Under the pieces are notes generated by a model. That model saw nothing but the letters and a program-made list of their open reading frames with translations. It had not been told where the DNA came from and did not search any database. A stretch of 64,000 nucleotides of DNA from Eledone cirrhosa. Lineage: Eukaryota. The position numbers and the translations under genes are program-made. Positions 27,164-40,979 of the stretch are shown here, piece by piece (within the stretch, counting starts at the first letter, position 1; each line of letters starts with the position of its first letter). The stretch is taken from contig OZ024744.1 of assembly GCA_964016885.1 (NCBI GenBank), positions 37,510,001 through 37,574,000 of the forward strand, read 5' to 3'.

Positions 27164-28437
27164 AATGTAAAACATTGGCAAATACTTAGAAAAACACATC
27201 AAGAAAATCAAAAAAAATATATAGATAAATGAAATAGAAATTGAAATATATAAAAATCTATCAAGAAAAATAGTTAGGTGTGTGTATGTGTATGTATATA
27301 CGCTCATAGATGTGCATATATGTATATGTGTACGTGTAAATGTATGGTTAGAAAGTGTGCGTAATTATAAAAATAAAAGTTTAGGGCAAATGTATCTATA
27401 TGTCTGTATTATGCAGACGGAAATGGTTACTTCGTAAAAATAAGAAAATAAAGTCGCGCACATAAAAAACGGCTGGACACTCGTACATTTAGATACGGAA
27501 AGTAAGGAGATGAAGAGAGTATAATAAATAAAAGAAAAGTATCTATTACGATATATTTATAAAAATATAGTAACGATAAATTAGAAAGACAAGATAGAAA
27601 GAAAAATTAAAGAAAACAAAAAAAGCGGGGGTACATACAAACACAGACACGCGTGTCTCACAAAAGAAATGTAAAAATAATTATGCTTATATACACACAC
27701 GCGCTTACACTTCCATGCGTTCGATACGTACATACAGACACACACACACACACATACTTATACTCACGCATATAAACCTGTTTGCATGCCCATGTATGAA
27801 ACTGGGTAAGTAACAGAAGAGGGAAGGGGGGGGGGGAGAAGAAAAGAGCAAGAAACAAACAAAAAAATATAAAACCGAAATATCAAAAACACGGATATAC
27901 TTACACATACACATACGCATAATATACACACACGCATACACACAAACACCAGTACGCGCACGCATACATACACGTACATATATATATATATATATATACA
28001 CACATACATGCACGCACGCGCGCGCACATACGTAGTCACTCATGTACATATATAAAAAAAGAAAATTATACACACATTAAGGCGTTCAGCCATATTGAAA
28101 TGTGGATAAATAAATACAAATATAAAATTGTAAGATAGGCTGCGCAAAAATAAAATAAAAATAAAAATGAGAAATATATCTGAATTGAAAAACACAAAAG
28201 ACAAGTGTAATCAGTTAGTAGAGGAAAAAGGGAAGTAAAAGAAGGGGAAGTAAAAAATAGAAAATAGGAAGTGGATCGGAGAATAAAGGGGGGGGGGGGG
28301 GGGTGAAGTAAAAATAAATAAAAAATAAATAAAAAATAAATAAAAGTGAAAATAAAAGTGAAAATAAATGAAATTATCGACAAGGATAAGAATGAAAGTA
28401 AGTCAGAAAGGGTAATTAAAAAGAGAATAATCAGAGT

Positions 28438-30576
28438 TTATGGAGGATAAGTGTCTGAAAGTGTGTTAAGTTTATATGAGCTGGAAAGCAGGTGTGATTT
28501 CATGTGTGGGCAACTGGTAAAAATTTCCGTCTTTGTGTTCAGGCAGGTCTTTGGTGATTTGAAATTTTGCAATATCCAAAATTTTTCATTTATGCAGAGC
28601 GTGCATTTTCTTGTTCCTCTAGCATATTTTTTAGATTGGTTCAAAATTGACCAATCTAGTTTATATTGGATGCCTTGGTCTTTCAAATCCCAGATTCTGC
28701 TAGCCAGAGCTGTTGTAAATCTTTTTTCTGGATGTCGAAAGGATGCGACATGTGAGTAATAACGCGTTTTGAATTTGTCTTGCGTCATACCCACATATCG
28801 TTCACTGGTGACTGGATGGTTGTTGCTGATAGTTGTCACATTAGCCGCATATACAATGGCTTTGGTGTTGCATTTACCTTGTAATGGGCATTCACTTTTG
28901 ATTCTACAGGAGCAAGTTTGATTTTCTCTAGGTGATGTTTTGTTGAGGATATAGGACTTAATAGGGGGACCGCAGGAATAGCTAATTTTAACACAGTTTC
29001 TGTTAAAGATTTTATAGTATCTATGTGTTCTAGGGAAATGTTTATCTAGGAGTTCTAGGAATTTTTTGCCTACATTAGTTTTAACTGCTAGAGAGTAGGG
29101 GGGTGTGAACCAGATTATTTTTCTTTTCCTATTTTTATGTTTAATAGAGTTAGTGTAGTTAGGTATGTATTTAATCGGTTCGCTAAAGCCGCTATTTTGG
29201 AGGGCTTTATTATAGTAGGGGGATTCCTTATTGAAAATAGCTTCTGATGAAGAGAGGGTGGAGATCCTACGGCTAATATTAGGGATAAGGTTTTTAAAAA
29301 CTATAGGTGGATGGCAAGATCCTTTATTTATATATTTTAAGTTTTCATTAGGTTTATGGTATGGTTTATAAGAAGCAGTAGCCAAATCTAAGTTTATATC
29401 TAGGAAATCTACGTTGGAAAGGTTAGTATCAATAGTAATTTTAAGATTAAAACTAGCAAAGGTTTTTATTAAGTCTTTCCTTAATCTATCTAAGTTATGG
29501 CCTATGGTGGTATGGGAAAGTATTAGACCATCATCGCGATAAAGCCCAAAAATATGGTTAGGAAATTTATCTTTAAGTGTGTGTAAGAGGGATAGGCCGA
29601 CCAGATCACAAACCTCGGCACTGTCATAAGAGCCCATCGAGACATCGAATGGGTTCTCTGGGTTAGATATTTTTACCCAAGTGTCATTATCATTAAAAAG
29701 TAGAGTGTTCCTAGCATGCAAGATTACGTCCTCTTCAATATCGGAGATGTTAGTGAACCCTCTAGCGAAATTTAAAGCTTTCACTAAAAGGGTCTGAGTA
29801 ATAGATGGATAGAAATCTACGATATCGAATTGGGTGAATCTAGAACTGATTTTGTTTTTAATGTTATTAAACCAATGTATTACAGAAGAGCTGTTTATCC
29901 ATTGGAGTAATTTAGACTTACTTCTAATGTGTGTATTTAATTTATTTAAAATTTTTTTACTGGCAAGACCAATATCAGTCTTAGCAGGGTTGATTAGTCT
30001 ACAACTAGGTCGATTAATAAAGTCGGGTTTATGATCTTTAAGGGTGATATACGCAGAACGTTTAGCAAGTTTTTCTGTCCTATTATCTATTTTTAAAGAA
30101 AAAGCTAATTCTTTAGCTTCCTTATTTATATTATGGTACGTATTTATATTAGCTATTTGGTATTTAGAGGTGATATTATCTATTAATAGTTGGTCGTGTA
30201 AATTATTATTAACTTCATATAGGTTTTTAGTTTTATCTGAGAAGATGAACTTATTATTAGAAGATTTGAAAGTAGAAATATCATTAGATAATTTGGATTG
30301 AAAGGGGTTAGAGTACTTACGAAATTTGATGTTGTTGATAATGTTAACTCGATCTAATTCAAAGGCGGTCATATCTTTTACTCTTTGCGGGTATTTATGA
30401 GTTTTGATGTCAAAATGTTCCGTAGAATCCGTGTTAAATTGACCATCGAGAATCAAAGCTTTCCATCTCATTCTTTTAACAACCTTCTCTACTTTGTCTA
30501 TCAGTATTTTCGTGTAGAGAGTGTTAGAAGGTGTTGGGATATTCTTTACAGAGTAGTCCAATGGGTATTTGTCCAT
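28438..30576 (-). CDS. PLE reverse transcriptase + C-terminal GIY-YIG endonuclease, 712 aa, uninterrupted
   Basis: YSVKNIP..KRMRWKA N-terminus; RT motifs ITLKDHK, QFDIVDFYPSI, SMGSYDSAEVCDL, YRDD, FLDINL; WFTPPY; CSCRIKSECPLQGKC linker; IVY...YVG...FKTRYYSH; CTLCINEK; LNTKTE..CPH. Confidence 0.95.
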   Translation of the reverse strand: MDKYPLDYSVKNIPTPSNTLYTKILIDKVEKVVKRMRWKALILDGQFNTDSTEHFDIKTHKYPQRVKDMTAFELDRVNIINNIKFRKYSNPFQSKLSNDISTFKSSNNKFIFSDKTKNLYEVNNNLHDQLLIDNITSKYQIANINTYHNINKEAKELAFSLKIDNRTEKLAKRSAYITLKDHKPDFINRPSCRLINPAKTDIGLASKKILNKLNTHIRSKSKLLQWINSSSVIHWFNNIKNKISSRFTQFDIVDFYPSITQTLLVKALNFARGFTNISDIEEDVILHARNTLLFNDNDTWVKISNPENPFDVSMGSYDSAEVCDLVGLSLLHTLKDKFPNHIFGLYRDDGLILSHTTIGHNLDRLRKDLIKTFASFNLKITIDTNLSNVDFLDINLDLATASYKPYHKPNENLKYINKGSCHPPIVFKNLIPNISRRISTLSSSEAIFNKESPYYNKALQNSGFSEPIKYIPNYTNSIKHKNRKRKIIWFTPPYSLAVKTNVGKKFLELLDKHFPRTHRYYKIFNRNCVKISYSCGPPIKSYILNKTSPRENQTCSCRIKSECPLQGKCNTKAIVYAANVTTISNNHPVTSERYVGMTQDKFKTRYYSHVASFRHPEKRFTTALASRIWDLKDQGIQYKLDWSILNQSKKYARGTRKCTLCINEKFWILQNFKSPKTCLNTKTEIFTSCPHMKSHLLSSSYKLNTLSDTYPP

Positions 30577-31849
30577 ATTCAGTATTGGTTTAAAATACTA
30601 TGACTGAAGAGTGCTCGACTTAAATAGGGCTGGAAGGTGCCAATCTCATAACGATGTAGAATATGCTACGATCATTCCCTGGGGAGCTTTATAAGTATTG
30701 AAATTTCAGTTAGAAACAGAAAAGGTCATAGAAATGAAGAGTGCTCTATGTCAGTATCTTTTTACTTCCCCTTCTTTTACTTCCCTTTTTCCTCTACTAA
30801 CTCATTATACTTGTCTTTTGTGTTTTTCAATCCAGATATATTTCTCATTTTTATTTTTATTTTATTTTTGCGCAGCCTATCTTACAATTTTATATTTGTA
30901 TTTATTTATCCACATTTCAATATGGCTGAACGCCTTAATGTGTGTATAATTTTTTTTATATATATGTACATGAGTGACTACGTATGTGCGCGCGCGTGCG
31001 TGCATGTATGTGTGTATATATATATATATATATATGTACGTGTATGTATGCGTGCGCGTACTGGTGTTTGTGTGTATGCGTGTGTGTATATTATGCGTAT
31101 GTGTATGTGTAAGTATATCCGTGTTTTTGATATTTCGGTTTTATATTTTTTTGTTTGTTTCTTGCTTTTTTCTTCTCCCCCCCCCCTTCCCTCTTCTGTT
31201 ACTTACCCAGTTTCATACATGGGCATGCAAACAGGTTTATATGCGTGAGTATAAGTATGTGTGTGTGTGTGTGTCTGTATGTACGTATCGAACGCATGGA
31301 AGTGTAAGCGCGTGTGTGTATATAAGCATAATTATTTTTACATTTCTTTTGTGAGACACGCGTGTCTGTGTATGTATGTACCCCCGCTTTTTTTGTTTTC
31401 TTTAATTTTTCTTTCTATCTTGTCTTTCTAATTTATCGTTACTATATTTTTATAAATATATCGTAATAGATACTTTTCTTTTATTTATTATACTCTCTTC
31501 ATCTCCTTACTTTCCGTATCTAAATGTACGAGTGTCCAGCCGTTTTTTATGTGCGCGACTTTATTTTCTTATTTTTACGAAGTAACCATTTCCGTCTGCA
31601 TAATACAGACATATAGATACATTTGCCCTAAACTTTTATTTTTATAATTACGCACACTTTCTAACCATACATTTACACGTACACATATACATATATGCAC
31701 ATCTATGAGCGTATATACATACACATACACACACCTAACTATTTTTCTTGATAGATTTTTTATATATTTCAATTTCTATTTCATTTATCTATATATTTTT
31801 TTTGATTTTCTTGATGTGTTTTTCTAAGTATTTGCCAATGTTTTATATT

Positions 31850-31921
31850 GCCTCGTCTGACGAACGAATGAAGTCGTTTATTTCGTATTCGCCTCATTCG
31901 GGAAACCTCTGGTAATGAGGT
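31850..31921 (+). ncRNA. Type I hammerhead ribozyme in inverted pLTR
   Basis: Mirror of 27092-27163; predicted cleavage after 31914. Confidence 0.85.
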
Positions 31922-32112
31922 AATAATATTGTATTGATTTTATACATTAAATTTTGCTCTGATACTGACATAGAGCACTCTTCATTTCTATGACCTTTTC
32001 TGTTTCTAACTGAAATTTCAATACTTATGTATATAAATATATGTATATATATATATATACATGTCTATGTTTGTGTGTCTATGTGTGTGTGTATGTGTGT
32101 GTCTATACAATA

Positions 32113-32513
32113 CGAGGGTTGGCGGAAAAGTACATTGGCTGATTATAAAGGAATGATGGAAGAGCTGTGATATCTTCCGTATGGCAGTATCGGTAGCGGG
32201 TTGGACGCTATGCTTTCTAGCATAGAGTTACGTCCCTTTACGTTCTGAGTTCAAATCCCGCCGAAGTTAACTTTGCCTTTGATCCTTACGGGGTTGGTAA
32301 AATAAAGTACCAGTAATTTACTGGATAATTGCTGGCCTTGTGCCAAAAGTAGAAACAATTAATTTCAACTATTCTTATCAATAACTGCATCGTTTCTTTC
32401 TAAAGACTATATTGCAAAATAAACCGCAGTTGGTCATTCCATGAGAGGAATTGGGTCAACCTATGAACTTTTCAGTGAACTATCCGGCCTATAACCTTTT
32501 CAGCCGACACTCA
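32113..32513. mobile_element. Mariner-type MITE with nested SINE
   Basis: TA-CGAGGGTTGGCGGAAAAG...CTTTTCAGCCGACACTCA-TA imperfect TIRs. Confidence 0.6.
32183..32360 (+). mobile_element. tRNA-derived SINE nested in MITE
   Basis: Family consensus ggcagtatcggtag...gtagaaacaatt. Confidence 0.88.
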
Positions 32514-33405
32514 TACATATGTATCTGTGTTTGTGTGTAAGCAAATACACTATTTCACACTATTTTCACACAGACATACACACGCACTCACACACATACT
32601 CACACGCACACACAGACAAACACACACACACATAGGCAAACATAAACATACACAGACACACACAGCCACAAACATACAGAGAAACAGAAAGAGGATAAGA
32701 TTGATGTAAAAGAGAAAGAGAGAGCGAAAGAAAATTAATTGTTATTTAGTCTATCGAACCATTATACATGATTGATTTTTACCAATATTGATTTTTATCG
32801 GTAGTTTAAAGCAATGATTCCATCAACAGCAATAACTATAATAACAAACTCATTATTTGAAAATATTCTAATTTAAATTTGATAATTACTTGTTAAAATC
32901 CGTCATCACCAGAATTGGTTTACATATATATATATATGTATACATATATTCATACAGAATATATATATTTATATATATATATATATACATAATATATACA
33001 TATAATATATACATATAATATATACATATATTATGTATATACATATACATATATGCATGCATACATGCATACATTCATACATACGTATATACATACATAC
33101 CTACTTACATGCATACAAACATAATACATTCATACGTACATTAATACATACATGCACACATGCAGACATACATACATATACCTACATACATAAATGCATA
33201 TATGAGTATTTCCGGTTTTTTTTTATTCTTCATTGCCATCCTACCCGCGTCCATGGCTTCGTAGTCCAGCTGTATGGCTTATGTGTGTGTTTGTATGTAT
33301 ATGTATGTGTACGTATATATATATATACATACGTACACACTTATACACACACACAGACACAGACGCATAGGCACACAGACACACAGGCACACAGACACGC
33401 AGGCG

Positions 33406-33488
<83 letters not shown>

Positions 33489-33491
<3 letters not shown>

Positions 33492-33580
33492 GGAATTCCC
33501 CCCAAAATGTATACGCATTTGATTACTTGTACAAGCAATACTTATTAACATGGACGTATACATTTTCGGGGGACACTCTT
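33489..33580. mobile_element. Degenerate Tc1/mariner MITE
   Basis: CAGGGAATTCCCCCCAAAATGTATACG...CGTATACATTTTCGGGGGACACTCT within (TA)n. Confidence 0.6.
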
Positions 33581-33805
33581 TATATATATATATGTGTGTG
33601 TGTAAATGAAGTAATTCCGTCGGAAAAGTCCAGGAAAAAAGAGTGCTCTATGTAGGTAACAGAGCTTAATAGTTATGTAATAAACAACATAAGGCAATTA
33701 TTTCATTTACCAGTGGTTTCTTAAAAGTAAACACACACACACGCAATTACATACACACACATATATACACATACACATATATATACACATACACACACAC
33801 ACATA

Positions 33806-33842
<37 letters not shown>

Positions 33843-33960
33843 GTACACATATATATACACACACATACATACACACATATATATATATATATCAACATAT
33901 CCATACATACACATACATAAACATGCACACACACACACATGCGCATATATATACATATAT

Positions 33961-34052
<92 letters not shown>

Positions 34053-34054
<2 letters not shown>

Positions 34055-34657
34055 TGGCTGCCAACTCGTTTTCGAGTACGGCCACTACTTTATATCCATG
34101 TAGGAGAACCCCTACCGATGTGCTGAACGAGTGTGTTTTCTTAGTCCACCCAGCGACTTGAAAACTCTGGTACAAACACTACACTTGTGACAATTATTGA
34201 CACAGTGCTGGGCCCATGGTACCATGTGAGGACAAGTGCAGAGAGATCTCCAGATACAAAGCAATGCCTGTGCCGTGAAGCTTTTATAGTGAGCAAAGGC
34301 ACTGCACAAAGCCAGTCCCACTCTCTTAACCAAGATGATATTTACCAAAAAGAAGAACAAGTCAACATCATTGGATACCATCAGGGTTGCAGGTGTTATA
34401 TCAGAGTTTTCCTTCTCCTAGAATTCTGCCTTGACAAAGGCTAAGGGGTCATCTCTCCCGTTGATTTTGGATGGTCATTGACTCTTAAGAGCTCCTTTGC
34501 CCTTTGACAGGTTTTGTTTTTAGTCCTGCAGGATGTCCAAAGTCACCCTCCTCACCAAGAAACCTTGGTGGGGTTGCCAGTTTAGTCGACAACGACCCGA
34601 CCATGGGACAGGTTGTACTGGGATACATGTTACCAGTAGCACCAAGTGGTGACCTGA
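34053..34657 (-). mobile_element. RTE-derived non-autonomous bipartite element (~600 bp)
   Basis: Minus strand has RTE 5'UTR hallmark ttctaggagaaggaaaactctg and RTE C-terminal C2H2 remnant [25 protein letters not shown]; related copies occur six times in the window. Confidence 0.8.
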
Positions 34658-34672
34658 CATATATATATATAT

Positions 34673-35278
34673 GGTGGCTGCCAACTCGTTTTCGAGTACG
34701 GCCACTACTTTATATCCATGTAAGAGAACCCCTACCGATACGCTGAACAAGTGTGACTTTTTAGTCCAGCCAACGACTTGAAAACTCTGGTACAAACACT
34801 ACACTTGTGACAATTATTGACACATAGTGCTGGGCCCATGGTACCATGTGACGACAAGTGCAGAGAGATCTCCAGATATAAAGCAATGCCTGTGCCGTGA
34901 AGCTTTTATAGTGAGCAAATCACTGCACAAAGCCAGTCTCACTCTCTTAACCAAGATGATATTTACCAAAAAGAAGAACAAGTCAACATCATTGGATACC
35001 ATCAGGGTTGCAGGTGTTATATCAGAGTTTTCCTTCTCCTAGAATTCTGCCTTGACAAAGGCTAAGGGGTCATCTCTCCCGGTGATTTTGGATGGCCATT
35101 GACTCTTAAGAGCTCCTTTTCCCTTTGACAGGTTTTGTTTTTAGTCCTGAAGGATGTCCAAAGTCACCCTCCTCACCAAGAAACCTTGGTGGGGTTGCCA
35201 GTTTAGTCGCCAACGACCCGACCATGAGACAGGTTGTACTGGGATACATGTTACCAGTAGCACCAACTGGTGACCTGA
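34673..35278 (-). mobile_element. RTE-derived non-autonomous element, tandem second copy
   Basis: High identity to 34053-34657, same termini. Confidence 0.8.
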
Positions 35279-35854
35279 CATATATATATATACACACATA
35301 CATACATACACACAATCATACATATATACACACGTACATACATACACATACATACACATATATACACGCATACATACGCATGCACAAATATAGATATATG
35401 TACACACACCTACATACGCACACACACAAATAATTATAATAAAAATATAATAATAAAAATACCGTCACATAAGAAGAAATAAAAATGAATATAAAAATTA
35501 TTATAGTGTTGACAGCGATACAGGCAACATATAAATGAACAAACACACGTGGTAAGCAATACAGACAATTGTACATACACATACATACGTACAAATAAAT
35601 ACATAGACACACTCACACATACACATACATATACATATACACATGCATACACATATACATACACACACACACATGTACATATATATACATACATATATAT
35701 AGATATATACATATATTATATATATATATCTATACATACATATCACAAACACATACATACAAATACATATACACACATATGTATGTGTATAAAACTCATT
35801 CTTAGATATATTCATATGAACCTTGTTTAACTCTTAAATATATATATATATATA

Positions 35855-36127
35855 TGTAAGAGTTCTATTTAAATTGTTGGGATACAACAAGCAAATATTT
35901 TCATAACTGATATAAAGCACTCAACAAGTTTTGGAGTAAAAATACGATATTAACAAATGGAAACTATATTTATAAAACCATATTTATTTCATTATACATA
36001 TTTCAAGGACACCAAGTTAAATTATTGTGTGCTTTCATCAGATAAAATAAAATCTAGATGAGTTTTATAAATAAATATTGACATACCCTTAAAGAATGCA
36101 ACCATTACTGTTGGATGTACCCGGATA
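35855..36127 (-). mobile_element. PLE pLTR remnant with degenerate HHR
   Basis: Minus strand: ttat CTGATGA aagcacac...gtgtcctt GAAA tatgt ataa (about 35990-36045), then tttactcc...GAGTGCTT. Confidence 0.55.
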
Positions 36128-36297
36128 TATATATATATATATATATACAGTTTTTTCCGTTGTGTTGTAATATTAATATTACACACAGTAGATTATCAGC
36201 TCACGTAGAGTTTGCTCGACGGTTCCAGTTGTAGTTCCAAAAGTAATCCGGAGAAAAATAGAAAGATTTGAATGGATACAGTTTAGTTGAAAGGAAT

Positions 36298-36414
36298 TTA
36301 TTGACACGTGTTTCTATAACAGTTACATAACCTAAAACAGCTATCTACAAACTTTTAGTTATGCAGACATTCAATATTTCAATGTTATTGTTTACTGTCA
36401 TTTCATCAGAATAA
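36298..36414 (-). ncRNA. Hammerhead ribozyme, long stem II
   Basis: Mirror of 38755-38871. Confidence 0.78.
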
Positions 36415-37050
36415 TATTACTGAGGACCTATTTAGTTTTTATAGAGAATATTAGGAGGAAGGGGTGAAGTTGTTAGAAGAATAGTTGAAGGAGTGGTTTT
36501 TCGATAGCAGTGAGAATTCTTGGTGGCAGTGATTAATTAGATTCCCATCTGTTGTTTTGACATTTTTTATAGAATATATTATTGGTTATTTTTCTAAATC
36601 TATAGAAGGATTGGAGATAGTAAAGATATGCGTGGTTGGTTTTGTGTTTGCACTTAACATTCAGACTTAAATTTTTCTTTCAAGTGTACGTATTCTTTCA
36701 CCCACGCATTCACACACAAATATATTTGCACACCTCTACAAAATACATATACTCACAATTCACATATTCATACTTACATATATATACACATGCATACACA
36801 TATATATACACACATGTATTCATGTACATACATACGCGCTCATGTGTATACATTTTCATACTCAACTTATCTTTATATATACACACGTATAGACACACAC
36901 ATATATACATACATACTCTAGTCCATGTGTACACACATACACATACATACACATCCATATACACATACATACATACACATATATATATACATATATACAT
37001 ATACATATATATACATATATATATACATATATATATATATATACACATAC

Positions 37051-37097
<47 letters not shown>

Positions 37098-38069
37098 AGC
37101 ACTTTAATACATGAATACACTTACATCTAACTATACACATCAAACATATATATATATATTTACTTATTTATATACATTTTCACATATATATATACATACT
37201 TATGGACGTTTTTAGACACATTCATTATCGCATATTTGTACCTATTCTCATCAGCATATCTTTTCATTATTAGTATGGTAATTTAAGGTTATTAATATAT
37301 GTTGAAAAGAGATTGTTTTTATATTTTTCTAACTAGATTAAGGTTTATATAGTTGGGGGATGTCCCTCTTTTATGTAATATTCGGCTTGTAGTGGGAAAA
37401 AAGGGTTTTAGTTCTGTGACGGCAGAATAATGTTCGTTCAATTCTGTTATTCAGCAGTTTCTTCTTGTGTGTGATTATGTAATAAATCTCAAGATTACAC
37501 AATTTGCAGAAATTTTGGCTCCTGGAAAAGCTTTGGGTTTTAGCTAATTTTTCCCATTTTAGGGTAAACTTTGGACGCTCAGGGATAGCAATCAAAAGTT
37601 TACCCTAAAATGGGAAAAATTAGCTAAAACCCAAAGCTTTTCCAGGAGCCAAAATTTCTGCAAATTGTGTAATCTTGAGATTTATTACATAATCACACAC
37701 AAGAAGAAACTGCTGAATAACAGAATTGAACGAACATTATTCTGCCGTCACAGAACTAAAACCCTTTTTTCCCACTACAAGCCGAATATTACATAAAAGA
37801 GGGACATCCCCCAACTATATAAACCTTAATCTAGTTAGAAAAATATAAAAACAATCTCTTTTCAACATATATTAATAACCTTAAATTACCATACTAATAA
37901 TGAAAAGATATGCTGATGAGAATAGGTACAAATATGCGATAATGAATGTGTCTAAAAACGTCCATAAGTATGTATATATATATGTGAAAATGTATATAAA
38001 TAAGTAAATATATATATATATGTTTGATGTGTATAGTTAGATGTAAGTGTATTCATGTATTAAAGTGCT

Positions 38070-38118
<49 letters not shown>

Positions 38119-38754
38119 GTATGTGTATATATATATATATATGTATATATATATGTATATATATGTATATGTATATATGTATATATATATGTGTATGTAT
38201 GTATGTGTATATGGATGTGTATGTATGTGTATGTGTGTACACATGGACTAGAGTATGTATGTATATATGTGTGTGTCTATACGTGTGTATATATAAAGAT
38301 AAGTTGAGTATGAAAATGTATACACATGAGCGCGTATGTATGTACATGAATACATGTGTGTATATATATGTGTATGCATGTGTATATATATGTAAGTATG
38401 AATATGTGAATTGTGAGTATATGTATTTTGTAGAGGTGTGCAAATATATTTGTGTGTGAATGCGTGGGTGAAAGAATACGTACACTTGAAAGAAAAATTT
38501 AAGTCTGAATGTTAAGTGCAAACACAAAACCAACCACGCATATCTTTACTATCTCTAATCCTTCTATAGATTTAGAAAAATAACCAATAATATATTCTAT
38601 AAAAAATGTCAAAACAACAGATGGGAATCTAATTAATCACTGCCACCAAGAATTCTCACTGCTATCGAAAAACCACTCCTTCAACTATTCTTCTAACAAC
38701 TTCACCCCTTCCTCCTAATATTCTCTATAAAAACTAAATAGGTCCTCAGTAATA

Positions 38755-38871
38755 TTATTCTGATGAAATGACAGTAAACAATAACATTGAAATATTGAAT
38801 GTCTGCATAACTAAAAGTTTGTAGATAGCTGTTTTAGGTTATGTAACTGTTATAGAAACACGTGTCAATAA
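38755..38871 (+). ncRNA. Hammerhead ribozyme, long stem II, palindromic stem III
   Basis: ttatt CTGATGA a-ATGACAGT...ACTGTTAT-a GAAA CACGTG TC aataa; canonical core, GUC site. Confidence 0.8.
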
Positions 38872-38905
38872 ATTCCTTTCAACTAAACTGTATCCATTCA
38901 AATCT

Positions 38906-39004
<99 letters not shown>

Positions 39005-39463
39005 CACACACATATACATACACATACATATACATACACACACACAGATATATATATAAGAAAAACAAATATTATATAAGTATGTACACGTACATACATA
39101 TATGTATACAGACGTACAGTAGTATGTATATATACATACATGGACACATATATATATGTACGTATGGATTCACCGAACATTTATTATAATGCCCGGTGTG
39201 TTTGTAAACAAACATCCCGTATTAAGCCGTAGTGTCCAGCAACCATCGTTGCTCACTTGTCATAAATATTATATATATAAAAAAAACTAAATGTTTTATA
39301 TATAAAAGTAAAGATAAAAAGTTTGGAATACGACAAATAATAAATAAATAAATAATTAGAAAAGGGTATAAATGTTTATAGCTGATTTAGAGCACTCAAC
39401 AAGTTCCTGGAGCAAATGATCAATGAAAGTAAGCATTAAATCACTGTATGTAATTATGCATAT

Positions 39464-39538
<75 letters not shown>

Positions 39539-39593
39539 AAACCATTATATAAAAATACATACACACACATTATATATATATATACACATATAA

Positions 39594-39646
<53 letters not shown>

Positions 39647-39731
39647 AATACAACAGAAGCATATAAAATACTATTATATACACACATACATATACATACA
39701 GATAAATATAAACATACATACACACACACAT

Positions 39732-39804
<73 letters not shown>

Positions 39805-40416
39805 CATATATATACATATATATACATATACGCAACACACACACACACACAGAAATAAATATCTAAAAATAAAAAAGGTGGGTATGTGAAGGGTAAGGTA
39901 GAAAGTAGGGGGGAGAATAAGGAAAATAAATGACATAGGAAAAGGTTTAAATATAAGGGGAGATAAGGGAGAAAAAGAATATAAGAGTACAGAAAGTGAG
40001 TTCAGAAGGTAAAAAAACCGCAGTGGCTGTAAGGCGTAGAGAGCAGAGAAGAAGTTCAAGGTGGTTGAGTTATGGTAGGAATGTCAATCCAGTTACAGAT
40101 CAGATTGACATTCCTACCATAACTCAGCCACCTTGAACTTCTCTGCTCTCTACGCCTTACAGCCACTGCGGTTTTTTTACCTTCTGAACTCACTTTCTGT
40201 ACTCTTATATTCTTTTTCTCCCTTATCTCCCCTTATATTTAAACCTTTTCCTATGTCATTTATTTTCCTTATTCTCCCCCCTACTTTCTACCTTACCCTT
40301 CACATACCCACCTTTTTTATTTTTAGATATTTATTTCTGTGTGTGTGTGTGTGTGTGTTGCGTATATGTATATATATGTATATATATGTATATATATAGA
40401 TATATTTATATATATA

Positions 40417-40476
40417 GGAACGAGTAGGACCCCGACGGCTGAGCTCAAGCCGTTTAGACGGCTAATTCTGGACTCA
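40417..40476 (-). mobile_element. 60-bp insert carrying the 3' half of a hammerhead
   Basis: Minus: ...aattagccgtc tAAA CGGC ttgagctca GCCG TC ggggtcctactcgttcc; homologous to 57971-58024. Confidence 0.6.
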
Positions 40477-40598
40477 TACATATATATATATATGTATGTA
40501 TGTATGTATATGTGTGTGTGTGTGTATGTATGTTTATATTTATCTGTATGTATATGTATGTGTATATATAATTGTATTTTATATGCTTCTGTTGTATT

Positions 40599-40659
<61 letters not shown>

Positions 40660-40764
40660 ATATATATATATATGTGTGTGTGTATATGTGCATATATATA
40701 TAATGTGTGTGTGTATATTTGTGTGTGTGTGTATTTTTATATAATGGTTTTGTGTGTATATATA

Positions 40765-40814
40765 CAATAGCCTCAGAAACGGCTTGGGTACTGCCGTAGA
40801 GTCGTGCTTTTTCC
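40765..40814 (+). mobile_element. 50-bp insert carrying the 3' half of a hammerhead
   Basis: GAAA CGGC ttgggtact GCCG TA gagtcgtgctttttcc. Confidence 0.55.
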
Positions 40815-40874
40815 TATATGTGTATATATATACGTATATGTATGTATGTGTGTGTGTATTTCTATGGTTGTGTG

Positions 40875-40979
<105 letters not shown>

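Larger units (their letters stand above)
27061..32028 (-). mobile_element. Penelope-like element with complete ORF and inverted 5' pseudo-LTR
   Basis: 3' pLTR 27061-28437; ORF 28438-30576; 5' leader 30577-30758; inverted pLTR copy 30759-31952 (near-identical to 27061-28255) extended by a tail whose last 68 bp (31961-32028) invert 30691-30758; TA-rich flanks. Confidence 0.95.
36150..38911. mobile_element. Fold-back 5'-truncated PLE: near-perfect 1.3-kb-arm palindrome plus one-sided tail
   Basis: Arms 36258-37572 and 37595-38911, 22-nt spacer; inner ends encode GIY-YIG C-terminus (KFTLKWEKL...FCKLCNLE...LLNNRIERTLFCRH); tail 36150-36257. Confidence 0.92.

Noticed and set aside
29834-30603. Plus-strand ORFs opposite the PLE ORF
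   Set aside because: Antisense shadow ORFs without motifs
34400-34470. HDV-like ribozyme at the ctaggagaaggaaaactc RTE motif
   Set aside because: Could not assign P1/P1.1/P3 or a conserved catalytic C in both subfamilies
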